A DNA stretch of 64,000 nt from positions 272,656-336,655 of the forward strand of contig CAJINV010000027.1 in NCBI GenBank assembly GCA_905178155.1. The letters run 5' to 3'. Below are positions 35,476 to 48,366 of this stretch, piece after piece (position 1 is the first letter of the stretch; each line of letters begins with the position of its first letter). A program made the translations under genes and the position numbers. Source of the DNA: Amoebophrya sp. A120. Its lineage: Eukaryota; Protista; Dinoflagellata. The notes under the pieces are model-generated. The model did not search any database, had not been told where the DNA came from, and was given only the letters and a program-made list of their open reading frames with translations.

Positions 35476-37910
35476 ATGCTAGTGCAACCTCTCAGCAACC
35501 TCGAGCCACGGGAACGAGTTGCGAATAATAACGAACCATTTTTCAATTGCCGTGCTGAGGTGTTGCGAACCGGAGCACAGCTCGAATCGGCTTCGCTGTG
35601 GGTATGCTGTTCTGCTCTGAGTAGTTTCGTGTGTGCTCCTTCGCAAATGATTTTCTCGTTTCGGACTTTCAACTCTTTCTCCTCTTGCGTTTCTACTTCC
35701 TGTTAATCGTTTTAGTTGTGGTGAGAAAAAAAGATCCCAGTTAATACGTAGTCACCAGTGCGTTCCGACCCTGTCGTTGGGTCTACCCGCACAAGTTTCG
35801 TCTAAACGCGGTCTTTTTCTCGAGCCCCGCTCGTGTGTTTCGTTATGCAAGTGCTACATGCTGCAACCGGGTCTGACTTCTCCACCTGCCTGCACGTCGT
35901 GGAAACTCCGGCGGGTGGTGCGTATATCGCGTATGGCACGGCGTTTGGGAAGATTGCGCTACAACAACTTTCCCGCGGAAAGCAGCTTGCCGAAGGAGGC
36001 AGTGGCGAGCGACCCGTTGAAGAGCTGGAGACGGGCAGGGCGGAACAACATGAACTCCAGAATTACCTGGGGTTCCCTGCAGTTCACGTCTGGATCGACA
36101 GTACGGCACCTGCTGCACCACGTACTGGTAGTAATGAGGATCCAGAAGCCGTAGCGCCTGGCCTCCGCGTGTGTGCGGTGTTTCAGTACGTCGGGAGCCA
36201 CCATCTCATTCGGGCATGGGAGCTTTATCCAGGGCGAGTTGCCGGGACCTCCAGTACCGGGGAGAAGCTGCAGCAGGTACGGACTGCTGTTCAATTTGTA
36301 CTGCACGCAGCCGATATGCGAGCAATCTCTTTTACGAATGATGGGGCGCTGCTACTCCTGAACAACAAATATGTTGGTGCTGAAATCAGAATATGAATAT
36401 AACAGGTTCCACCTCCTGTGCCAAAGCTCTCCGTTCGACCATCAGTAGAAGCTTGGGTCGTGTCCAGCAGCTCGACCTTTCACGTTCGCGAAAGCCGACC
36501 GCTCCCGAACGAAATTTATCCTGTTGAAAATATTTTCGATATTTGAATTGTCATTAGGAAATTAGAACAGAAAATATGAACTACCCAGAATTCTCTGCCG
36601 TGGAGATCGGCTCTGGGATTGAAAATATTTCAACAACATAAACGGTTGTACAACCTGTGGTCGCAGCTACCCGAGAATACGACGATTCGAGGAGCCGAGG
36701 AAGAAGCGTTTTTCTGTGCCACGAACGGTCACTTGCTGCTCTACGGGAAGCAGCAGACGCGGGTGATTCGGCTACGAGAACTCTGCACCTTCCTCTTGCC
36801 CCCGACATCGTCGGCCGGAGGCGAAGGTGAAGGCCGCGACACGAATAGTACAGTAGAAGTGGTCTCGCATATTACAATGAATAATGTCCCCTCCGCATTT
36901 CAACACCGGAAATCTGTGCTGCAGATTTGTGGTCACAAATCCGCTTTGTCATGGTAGAAGGCAAAAGATGCGGACTGTAGTGCTGGCTAGCGTGGGAAAG
37001 CCTTGCATCTTCAGCACGACACGAGGCAACTGGAAGTGGGAAACAGCATGACAAATTACCTGCAATGCAGGCCGCAGCTGCGTCTCTTGGCATTCTAGCA
37101 ATAGAAATCGGCTTGTGTACTCAAATACAGCAACACAAATTTCGTTTCCGATATGGGGAGGGGGCATTTTTCCCTTTGATATCGCAGCTTGGCTACACGA
37201 TTCCGGATTTCTACCCCCTGATCCGCAACGCGAACGAAAACTTCAGTGCCTGGCCCCTGCAATTTCACGACGGCGCCGTACTTTTTGTGGAAAAGCGCGG
37301 TGAGGATGACGAGCGAACGGAAATTGCAGTTGGCCCACCGGACGTCAGAATCCACGTGCTGCCGCTGCACGAGAACGAGTCATGCCCGGCCGGACCAGGA
37401 GAAGTCCATCACGAGTACCGTGTGCGCAAGCGCGTTACGGCGATGGCGCTTGTCGGATCTGGAAGTGCAGATCATGACCAGCCACAGCGGGTTGTCGTTG
37501 TCTCCGATTACCGCGAGGTGCAGGTATTCGACCAGGCTGCGAGCCGAAGCGCAGAGCAGCCAGCTATCGCTCCGCCAGTAATCCGACTGCCCGACGACTT
37601 TGTCGCCATGGACACGCAAGGCAGCATGCGAGGGCAACACAACGGTCAGGAAATGGTATACCTCCTCACCCGCGGGTGCCGCGTGTTCGAGCTCGATATC
37701 AACTCTGCGGCCACTGGATACACGGACTCCAGCAACAACACCATGTCCGAGTTTTCTTTCGTCCTGCATCAGGATAGCATCGCTGATACTTCGGGCACAC
37801 ATTTGAAAAGATTGACATTCGATCTGCCATCGCAACTTTTTTGCACTAAGGAGCTAGCAGTGATCAAGACTGATCAGGGACTCATAGCACTACAGAAAAT
37901 AACACACTAG
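35476..37910 (+). CDS. Hypothetical protein, possible beta-propeller (WD40-like), intron-containing
   Basis: Exons 35833-36396, 36619-36869 and 37187-37910 are in frame across the tcgca-TSD introner; beta-strand-rich motifs (IAYGTAFGKI, MRAISFTNDGALLL, VTAMALV). Confidence 0.45.
36870..37181. mobile_element. Introner family C
   Basis: Right TIR ggggagggggcatttttccctttgata; perfect TSD tcgca. Confidence 0.85.
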
Positions 37911-38247
37911 CGAAGAAGATCTTTAAAGCCCTCAATAAGTGTGTCCCGTAATGATAAACACACAACGCAGATTGCTTTTCCTTTTCGCGCCGTCCTGGAT
38001 TTCCAATTTGATCTTATGTTCAGGTTTTCTCCTGTTACAGCAACATCTTACTTCCTCCACTTTATGACCAGCGACCTTCTGTGAACGTACTACACACAAA
38101 CTATTTCGGCATACAGACACTATTCATCCCAAACCATGATTTAGACCGCAGTTATAGCATTCGTAGTTTTTCTTGAAGCCCGCATCTGTCTCTTAGTGAA
38201 GTTTCTCTTTCTTTGACAGCATAACTAGCACACATCCCGTCTTGAAA

Positions 38248-40992
38248 ATGTCAGCGACCGCGAACACTTTTCCAACCAGGCATAAGAAAAAGCCTGGCGC
38301 GGCTACGGTGAAGCCCGGTACGCTCGCATTTGCGGGTAGTGCCTCCAGCGAGCACTATGAATACGACCTGCACAGCGGCATTGTCATTCAGAGGAGTTTG
38401 AAAAACATGTATCCTAAGTGAAAATGGCCCCCCCGCGTAGTCAAGATGACAGCTTTGCTACACAAGCCAAGGACTTTTCGCTGTTGTGCATGGCAACTTT
38501 GAGCTTCTTCTAGTGCAGGGGCATGTCAAATCAATCTTCTAATGATCTCGATTCGAGAAAAACAAGATCCCAGATAGCGATAGCAAATGTTGCATCAGAA
38601 ACATTTGTAGAAATGCACGTTTGCATAAATATCAAAGCTGGGGTAGGAACGTTTTTGCACAGGACTACATGGCGGCCATTCTTATCGAACCGGAGGGAGG
38701 AAAGCAGCGAATTTTCATGTTCGACTCCGTGGAGCTTCTTGACAAATTCGTCGCCGCATGTACTGCATGTCAAGCTGGCAATAAGAATGCCGAGCAGAAA
38801 CCGGAGATGCAAGAACCGGCACCGGGTCGTACACCGAGTGGTGCGGCGAGCAATAGCGAACCAGAACAACCGGGGGAAGACGCGAAGGCGTCATCGAGAA
38901 TAACGACAGCAGATCAGAAACTACCCCAGCAAGAAGCACCGCTACAAGAAGAGGACGCGTGGTCCAAGCGGATCGCGGCTTTTCTCGAGGGCGATGAGGA
39001 CAACGAGTACCTGCAGAAAATTCTAGATGCGCACGGGGCGCTTTTCGAACAGTATGTCCTCGAGGAGCGATCACACACACCCGCCCAGTTCCTCCGGCAC
39101 GTACTGTCTACCATGACAAGCGACGCTAGCATAAACCAACAGTTCGCCCTGCCGCAGGCGCGACCGCAACCAAGCGCATTCGTAGCGTCCGCAGGACCTG
39201 AGCGCGACTTCTCCCGCTACCTGAACGCCTTCGCAACGGAGGATGGTACAGTTGGCCTCGACAGCGATATTCGCCAAGCACTGCTCGAAGAGAATCCGCC
39301 ACTGCAGAAACTGCACCGACTGTACGTAAACGACCGGTACAGCGATGACGATTTTTGGAACGAGTTTTGCATATCAACGTGAAAATTGCTCCGACCCTCA
39401 GAACAAGTTGATGGCACAGTGGTGATTGTCGATCCAAAGTTGTCATGCCTAGGTGGACTCAAGGATTTGTCAGGGGCATACAGCGCTGTGTCAATGAATC
39501 CACGGTGGAGACAATTTTTCTCGTAATACCCAACGCAATCAAACTACTTCCTCCTGTTGCAGGGAAAGAACGATGTGCGTCGCCGACACAACCCGAAATT
39601 CGATCCCTACATTCCACAGGAGCTGAAGTTTGACCAGGAGAGTAATCCGTCTGGCTTCGCCCACCTCAACGTCGCGGGGACTTCGTCGTCTGGTGCACGT
39701 AACGCCGCGAATGTATTACCTACTCAGCACGAACTGACCCTCGACGCCAGCTCCGCGCCGTCGCGAAGAAAAATGCAACAGCTGCTCGGCGAAATGGACG
39801 ATCCAAATGCGGCGGGTGTGGTGCAAAAATTGGACGATGATAGCAACCAGAAGTGGCGCCTGACGCAGTGGAATAACAACGACCAAAAGATGCTCGCATA
39901 TGGCACAGAAAGTTTTCTTCATCTCAGTGAATGACCATGAGCCCAAATTCCACGAACATTTTGCAACCCATTATGTATCTGTCTTGCACGACAATGCACT
40001 GAATTCATTTTTTCAAGTACCGGCCGGGCACCAAGTAACACGGCCATGCACGATCTCGCAGTGACCCCTCGTCGTGACTCTCTCGAAAAGTCCAGTTTGC
40101 ACGCGTGATGGTAAAAATCTGCTTGCGTGCCCTCTGTCTTCTCGGCCAAGGACTCGGGAACCTGGTTTGATGAAAACGGTTTCCATAGGATTTCCTGGGC
40201 GCCGAACTCGGAAAAGCACACACATCAAGGACGCGGATTTTGCATCGCGTAAACCAGCTATCAGCAAGGGCGCTGCCGCATCTGCTGCCGAGCCCGGCAT
40301 CTGGCAAGGAACCTAGCGTGCGATCCAGTAGCGATGACGAGAACGAGATGGAAGAAATGGTAGAACTATCGCGAAAAAAACGGCGCCTCGCAGATCCGTC
40401 GGGCTACGCGACCGAAACTGGTGTAGCACGATCGGACGGCACAAACAACAACCCAAGCGACGCCAGTTTGAGCACCGACCCCAGGAAGCCGGCACCGAAG
40501 TCCTTTGACGGAAACACGCTGAGTCCGATTGAGCACGAGGTGCTCAAAACTATAGCAAATCGCAGGTACCAGCTTCCTCAGGACAAGTGGCCCAGCAGTG
40601 TCAGCATGCGCAGCATTCGCTTTCCGGACCACCCGCAGGTGCAGAACGCGTCGAAGCACCTCTTGACCAAGAAGGACAAAGACAAAACCGCGGATCAGGG
40701 GCACCAGACGAAAGCTGTGCAGCCGCCCGCCATCCGAATCAGCAAAAACGATTTCAGGCTGCTGGAGCAGCAGCTTCAGTTATTCTACGCACCCATGAGC
40801 ACCTTGAAGCAGAGGCAGCTCATCTTGCGCAAGTTGGATATGGCGATCGACGAGCTGCAGCAAGAACGGCTCGGAGCGAATGAGAGGTACAGGCGCACCA
40901 GTACTAACAACGCCTGTCCGCAGCATTTTTTAAACCAGGTCGAACACGCGAAAAAACACCTCGAGCGCATGCTGAATGCGATTGATCCGTGA
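38248..40992 (+). CDS. TFB1: TFIIH p62 subunit (PH domain plus two BSD domains)
   Basis: PH-like N-terminus (KKKPGAATV...RIFMFDS). BSD-like LDSDIRQALLEENPPLQKLHRLYVNDRYSDDDFWNEFCTQSNYF rebuilt across the 39372-39528 introner; later LTQWNNNDQKML. Confidence 0.65.
38410..38666. mobile_element. Introner family B
   Basis: Degenerate B TIRs; perfect TSD acatg. Confidence 0.85.
39372..39528. mobile_element. Old introner
   Basis: tatcaacgtgaaaattgctcc / ggagacaatttttctcgtaata; TSD decayed, but 5-bp geometry restores EFC|TQSNYF. Confidence 0.7.
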
Positions 40993-41263
40993 TAAGTGTT
41001 TCTGTATTGACCCGCAGGTGATGATTAGAACAACCACAAAGAGCACTCAGGCTCGAGAATAAATACTGTCAGATCATCTGAAGCGGAAGCTCAACTGTTG
41101 TTCGTGCTCCTTCACGTCGTTCGTACTCTTTCGTGTTATTTCGCCCGGCATCTTAGAAGACGACGCTGCACTGTTTTTGATATAGAACCCTTTCGAAGCA
41201 TTGAGGGCCACACGCTTCTTGGAACAGATCATCGTCGCCAGGGACGCAACGAAAAATTCAAAA

Positions 41264-43054
41264 ATGAAGTCTGACTATCGTGCGTTGCCTTCCGACGGGC
41301 CGCCGCCTGCTCCTCTGCAGCGGAACTGGGTGCTGCTCTTCGTCTTTCTTGCTGCAAGTTTGCTATTCGGAACCTGCTGGCTTCTCCTGCCAGAACCTGT
41401 CTACCCAAGTGAAGTACCAGCAGCAAGGCTATCCGCAAAACCTTTCCACCCGCTGTTTTTTTTTCGCTGTTTTCTGTGACTGTGACAAGTATCTTTTTGT
41501 CGCTCTCGCTGCGATGCAACTTTATTCTTTTCTGCCAGGAAACGGCGAAAAAAAAAAACGATCTTCACTCGCATATCCTAAAGCCCAGTTTTCCGGAATA
41601 CTTGACGAAACAACGATGTACATCTTCAGTGGCCGCGGTGCTCATCGCTCCGTATTGCAAGACCTGTGGTCCTTTGACTTCTTTTCTAAGCGCTGGAAGC
41701 ACCATCGCAAGCCGAGTCCAAAGTTCGCGTTAGGCTTTCCAGAGGCAAACGGCGATGCCTTTCTTCTGCCGGTGACCGGCCGCTCCGAGGAGCTGTACAG
41801 CCCGGACAAGCAAATTGCACCGACAGGCCGTTTCAATGGATGCCATGTCAGCACGCAGGACGGCATCTTCATCTTCGGAGGCGACGAGAAGTTCTATGGC
41901 ACAGGCGACCCTGACCCGAACTTCATGAGTCGCGAGTTGTGGGTTTTGACGACTCGGCATCACAAAAAGAAGCCGCACTGGCAGCGCATCGGGCCGTTAG
42001 TCTGGAACTTTACGAACGCCACGGCTCCCTCAATGCTGAGCGGAAATGGCTTCAGCGACGAAGCCAAGGCAAAATATAGCGTGGAACGCTCTGCCCCTGC
42101 ATGCAGCTACGATGCGAATGCAAAACAATTTTTTTTTGTCGGCGGTCGACCTGGTGTGGGCTCTCCTGACAACGAGCTCTGGGTGATCGATGTCGGGTAT
42201 GGAAAAAAAAGACTTGTTCTGTGGACGCTTCTGTTGCTGCTTGTTCTGCTCTACATTTATGTTGTCTTCGCTAACTCCTATATAGCCAAGAGACAAAAGC
42301 GTCTGCAGCCGCCTTGTACCTGCATACCTAAACAAAAACTGCCACGCCTGCCACGATGAGCGGAACCGTCCGACCACTGCCAGTCAAAGGCGCGTGCGCT
42401 GGAAGTCCACGGGCTTTCGTGACGCCATCGACCGCACAGCCAGCAGATTTTTCATCTACAACTACTGCAGACCAAACGGCTAATTCAACATTCGATAACT
42501 GGGTGCCTGTTATGTATCTTCATGGCGGCCGAAACGGAAACCGATATTCCAATCAACTTCTGAAATTAAGGCGACACACTGCTTCCGGCATTTTCCAATG
42601 GGAGCCGCTTGCTGGAGAGTACGGCGTGGTGACATCGGGAACGATCCGGCAAGCCGTTTTTGAACCTAGCGCAACCGTGACCGAAACCCATGGCGCAAAG
42701 CGACGAGCAATCCCACCGGCCAGGAATCACCATGCCTGCACGTACATCGAAGAACATGACCAATTCTGGGTTTTCGGTGGTAGAAGTAATCACCGCGGCA
42801 ACGACGAAGGCCTCCTCCACGATCTGTGGGGATACAGTACGAAGAAAGGTCTCTGGCATCGCCAGGGGCCTCGCAAATCAGCAAAGGCATGGCCAACTCC
42901 ACGGTTTCTTCCTTCATTCGAATACCTTGCCAGCGCGGACAATTTTCTAGTCTTTGCTGGACAAGATAGAACTCAAAAAACAAACGACATCTGGCTACTG
43001 AGCCGCATGACCCATAAGACTGATCTTGTTCAGCCCTGTGAGTATTGTGACTGA
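41264..43054 (+). CDS. Membrane-anchored Kelch-repeat protein
   Basis: N-terminal TM helix; Kelch motifs MYIFSG...DLWSFD...W, IFIFGG, FFFVGG, MYLHGG, PPARNHHAC...FWVFGG, WPTPR; two introns (~41430-41565, ~42197-42350). Confidence 0.8.
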
Positions 43055-44865
43055 TAACAAGGAAAAGGCCATTGTGGCACCAGACGGCGCAACAAGATAC
43101 AGCACGGCACCGCCCAAAAACATTTGATGTTGATGTTGTGTTCGCGCATCATATGCATAGAACATCGGTGGAATCAGTTGCAGCACGAACTGCATCCGAG
43201 TTGAAGTTCCATGCAGCTTGCTTCTACAGCCTTGCACGGCTGCCGTATTATTGATCATCGCCTACTACCATCTTCTCCCTCTCTTCTCCCTCGTAGTCGT
43301 GAGAAAGATAGATCATCTGGAAAAGGCGGCTCGCGCAGTGACTTTCGGTGGTGACCATCAAGTGTCTTTTTTTTTGGCTGACAACTGTCGCACTACTTGC
43401 ATCTAGACAGCTTTGCAGCTGAGTTCCTCACTCGGTTTAATCGTCGCGTTGCTGTGAATAAGGAAATCCGTCGAAAGTCGGGAACCCCAGCGCCCTTCGC
43501 TAGTGGTCATCATTTCTCAGTTTTGTTTGGAGGTTTGTTTTTCATTTTTCTGTTTCCGCGTGAGGGTTTGAGTACTTCTAGATAGCAACACATAGCGCGG
43601 AAAATGTCTACGGCAACACCCCACCGTGTGCCGTCTCGTCCTGTTTTGTTTTTATTTTTGTGTATTGGTGAGACGACTTTTATTTTCCATACGGTGTTGT
43701 TTGGCACGATTTTGGAACCAAAAGCAAAAGCATTCACTTTTGCGAGACAGAACCATTGTTGCATCCGAAAACGCCGGTGAGACCCCGGCGGATGCTGATG
43801 TCCGCAAAACAGGGCAGGCGGATGACAATAGCTGAGGGCGACGATGTTTGTGGGGTACAGACGTGCTGCGAACCGTCGGGGCCCCGGCTGCTTCTTTTTG
43901 TTAATTGCCGGCGAGCTTGTCACACGTTCGGAGAACTATTGACACCGAACCAGAAGAAAAATCAACTCGATCCTTGATCCTATTCCGGAAGAAAAAAAAT
44001 CTACTCGAAAACTGTGAAAATTCTCTATTGATTTCTCTTATCGATTTCTCTATCGGGATTGCAGTATAATCAGCGATTTCTCGCATGGCAAACCAATTAT
44101 AGTTCATAAAAATCGAAACCAAAAGGCGAAGGAATCGGTAGTTATTTTCTGAAAATAAATCTTGGAGATCAATGTGGCTCGTCGGTTCGACTCATGGTTT
44201 CTCGTCCTGGGGGCTCGAGGTCGCAGGCTTTTCCATGGAAATCCTATGAAATCGACCTTCTCCCGATCTAAGAGGGCATTTTCAACAATAGAAAATCTAT
44301 AATCTTACTCCAAATCTCTAGAAAATCAACCCGATTCATGATGGAAAAAACCAATGAGGATTTTAGAGTGATGTAGCAGGTGTATTCGACTTACCGATCG
44401 GGATTCCGATAAATAATCCAAGATCTGTGAAATGGGTTGTATTCTTAACTCCTATCCTGACTCCCGACCAGAATCTGCATGCGATCAGGATTCGATAACA
44501 ATGAACGGGTAAAGTTTTGTTATCCGATTCTGCTTCCTCGATGGGATATGAGGATATAAGTGAAGTCTTAATCTGAATCTGGAAGGGTGAGATAGGTGTA
44601 TCCTGATTCCAATTCGAATTCCTCGATGGGATTTCCGAGTTCCTAATGATAAAGAGACAAATCTATTGTGTTTTCCGAATCCGGATTCCCGGTAGCATTA
44701 TTCGGTAAAGAATGGGGAAAATCTATTCTGAATCGAATTCGATTTCCTCGATGGGATTCGATAAAATATAGATTCCGATTCGCATTCCCGAGAGGATTCG
44801 ATTCGAAATGAAAAAATAGAAAGTTATTCCCGATGGGATTCGATTCAAAAGAAATCGTGATTGTT

Positions 44866-45256
44866 TTCTATTTTTTTCTTTCTTTCTTGTCTTGTCCTGG
44901 CATGATTCAAATTCTCGTTTTGGCCCCCCGGTCCGAGATTGTCTTTCTTCTTTCTCATCATCATGTAGCTCCCTCAAACGATAAAGATAAAGATGGAGAA
45001 GTAGAGAAAAGACAACGATAAAGATGATGAAGTTGTTTTCTATTTTTTTCAATTAATTACAATTCAAATAGTATTATTCCTATTCGAATTCTCTTCATAT
45101 CGAAATTATTTTTGTTCTTTGAGTTTCATCTTTATCTTTTGAGAAAGAATGACCTGATGATGAAAACAAAGAAGAATGGATAATCTCGGACCGGGGTTAT
45201 GATAAATTTGAGTCATGCCCCGACATGATCACAAAGAAAGAACCAAATAAATAGAA
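44866..45256. repeat. Degenerate long inverted repeat (foldback-like)
   Basis: catgattcaaatt...ccccggtccgagattgtc...tcatcatca (44901-44963) is mirrored by tgatgatga...ataatctcggaccgggg...aatttgagtcatg (45155-45217). Confidence 0.7.
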
Positions 45257-45891
45257 ATCTCGCCCCGATGGGATTCGATTCAAAATATTCCAAATCTATC
45301 CTGGTCCGTGGAGGGGTTTATGTTTGAATGCAAATCCGAAACATGACCCGGCTCGATTTTATCTCCGATCGGATTCGGTGAATTTAGGCCAGAAAAAGTG
45401 GTCATCATTAGGTGGTAAGTTGCATGACAGAGGTTCTGAGATTAATCCGACCGAGATTATGAACACAAAAAAAAGAATGGATGGAATTCATCTGAATAAA
45501 TAGGGTGTTTGCAGTCATTCGAGTGATTTCCTTCTCTATCTTCTGTGTCAGTCGCAAGCCTGTCTAGAGTGTGCCTGATTGTGTTTGCTCCTTGTCACAG
45601 GCCCGCCTGGAATGTGCCTTTCTCCTTTAACTTTTGAAGACCATAAATCGTCAGCCTGCTTTGCCTGAGAAGCCCATTTTCCGTCTTCGTTTTTACATCA
45701 GAAAGCAGGTCCGCTGTCATTTGTTTTTTTCTGTGTCTCGTCTCTCGTCGTGATTTGAGACCGTAGGCCTCAAAATCTTTGATCCTGGCCATTGTTTGGC
45801 AATGTTTGTTTGAAGGTGTTCCAGAAGTTTTGCAAAAACCACTCACGAAATGCTTTTTATTTTGATGACGCAGCTTGTGAAGGCATAAAAG

Positions 45892-46953
45892 TGAGTAATT
45901 CGTCGCTCCTGACAGCAATTTATCACGACTTCGAGCACCGACGGCAGAGGTTTTTCCGTAGACTTCCGCTGCAACAATTGCAACGTCGTCTTCGAATGTG
46001 GTCGAACTTACAGCTCTTCTATTTCGCTCTTCTAACTTCTCCCTTCTAGGTATTGAAATAACTCGCGCCAGTAGTCTTCTACATTTTCTAGCTGTCAGCG
46101 GGTTTTCTCGAGAGTCAGCAGATCCTCGACAGCACTTCAACTTCAACAGCACAGAGAAAGCAGCCCTGACGCCTATCTTCGACTTCAGTAGGGACAGCAA
46201 CAGCAACAGCGACTTCGACAGCAAAAAGGACGACTTCGACTACAGCAGGATCATGAAACTCCTGACGTATTGGGTTAAGGTAATCCAATACGTCGCGGGT
46301 CTTTGTTCTCGAACAAAATACAACTTCTACCTTCTTCGATTAGCCCGGAAACAAGTGGTCGGCGGGAGATGCAGCTTCCAACCAAGCGCAAGTACCGAGG
46401 TTCACGGGGTGCGAGTGTGTCTTGTTTTTCAGTCAAGCGGAATCTTAAAAGGGCCCAAGATTGTGCCAAAATCCTGTGAGTATGAAACCAAGATAACCAG
46501 TAACGCATAGAAGGCCGCTTTCGTATTGTATTTCTAGAGGTTTTCGCTTTCGATATCGCAAACGTGGCATCTTGATCATGGACCTTGTATTTACATCCGT
46601 ATTCGATTGCTCTAGTGGAGGAGGTGCCGAAATTGTTCAACGTATTGGTTTGAGGTAACCCAATACGTTAGCAAATGGATCAAGTAGCACAGAAGTGATT
46701 CAAATTATTTCGATGAAATTGAACTAAAGCATTGAAATCCGCGGACCATTTAGATCAAAAGGGTACGAAATTTGTATTGAAATCAACTACATCAATACTA
46801 CATGAGCCTTCAGAGTGTTGAACTTTTTCAGGTCTCGATAAATCGAATAGATCAATGAACTTTGTGGAGCTCTTTTTCCAACCTATTGACTTCCCTTAAC
46901 TCAATACGTCGCCGATCTGCATCATTTCTGCGCTCAGGATCTCAATTTACTCA
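45892..46953 (-). repeat. 3' LTR (1062 bp)
   Basis: Near-identical to 55108-56151; adjacent to the PPT. Confidence 0.95.
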
Positions 46954-46964
46954 AATTCCCCCCA
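46954..46964 (-). other. Polypurine tract
   Basis: Minus strand tggggggaatt directly before the 3' LTR. Confidence 0.75.
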
Positions 46965-47172
46965 GTGTAGACGCATGCAGATCAAGCGACTACATAAATA
47001 GAGTAGTAAAAGAAGAAGAAGAAGAAAAAGTCAGACAGTAGTAAACTCGTAGTTACAGCGCTAACCTTTTACGTAGGTCTTCTTCTTCATAAAATCGATG
47101 TAGTCATTGACTGTCCCAGGACGACCATCATCATCGTGCGCCGCGATCGCCTGCTTCGAACTGAACCAGGTG

Positions 47173-48366
47173 CTAATATCCCAAATTTTCCCGCTCCGCT
47201 TGCCATTCGTAAATATGTGGCCAGGAGTGCTGAAATCGTATAGGTGGACCTTCGTGTCCACGATTCGTTCCATCGAGACGGGGTTCTTGATTGCTAATTT
47301 CGTCGACCGCTCGCGATCCATCAGCAGATAGCTGCGCTGATATACCTTGTGGATGACGAACACACAGCTCACTGCGGCAGTTCCCCGCAAGCGAGACCTT
47401 AGCCCTTCGGTCCGTATGTGGGAGCTGCACCATCACAATCTGCCCACGAGGAAGCGCCTCCAAGTTGCAGCCGTGCGCCTGAGCGTTGAGGCGACTCCGG
47501 TAATCTGTCGTCGTTTTGCGCTGCTCTTGAGCAATCAGCTGCCGCTCTTTCCTTCGACGAGCAGCTTGATCAAATTGGTCCAGGAGGTCGTCTCCGCCAA
47601 TGCGCAGAGGCTCCTGCAGCAACAACTCCGTCGGTGTGAGGTTATCCCGTGCGCCACAGGGCATGTTCCTTAGGTAGTATTGAAACCGTTGGACCTGCTT
47701 GTCCCATTCGATCGCTTTCCGAAACGTGAAAAACTTCCGCGAAAACGGATGGACCCTCTCCACCGCCTGCTGTGACTTAGGGTTGTACGCTGTTCCCGGT
47801 GCGTACTTGGTACTCGGAAACTCTTTAGCCAGCCAGACGCGGATCTTAGCACTCTCAGCGAAACCGAAGCCGTTATCAGCCCGCAGCACCTTCGGAGGAC
47901 CAAACTCCAGGAAAATACGCCGACAGATTTTGATCACGGTGTCGGTGTCCTTCATCTTCGTTGCTTCGCCCCAAAACCACATGGTCGCGCTATCAACACA
48001 GGTAAACAAATGCAGATTACCGGCGCGAGTGATCTTGGACGGACCTTGGAAGTCGATGACGTAGATGTCCTTGAACTCGAGGCCCGATTCGTTGACCCGC
48101 AGAGCCGTTCTTTCCGGGGTCCCGTGGTACTCGGTACACTGGAAGCATTTTGCACAGTGCTGCGCGCAATCGTTCCAAATGGTTGGCCACCATACTCCCA
48201 AACGAGTCAGGTGCGCCATCGTTCCAGCAGCCCGAGCATGCTCAGAGTCGACGTGTGCGTGATCCAGAAAAAACCTTCTTGCAGTAACGCCAGCAGGGTG
48301 CTCCTCATTGATTTCCCAAATCCCTTTCGGGATGTACAAACTCCAAACCCCTCCACTAAAGACCAC
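47173..48366 (-). pseudogene. Integrase (HHCC + DDE), frameshifted from upstream pol
   Basis: H...H...CAKCFQC; VIDFQG, RADNG, VERVH. Confidence 0.9.

Noticed and set aside
39367-39561. ttgca/ttgca as the TSD of the p62 intron
   Set aside because: Joining there shifts the frame; the true right TIR ends at 39528.
45595-46640. ORFs within the LTR (also 55090-55856)
   Set aside because: Low-complexity, cross the LTR boundary, and show no recognisable domain.
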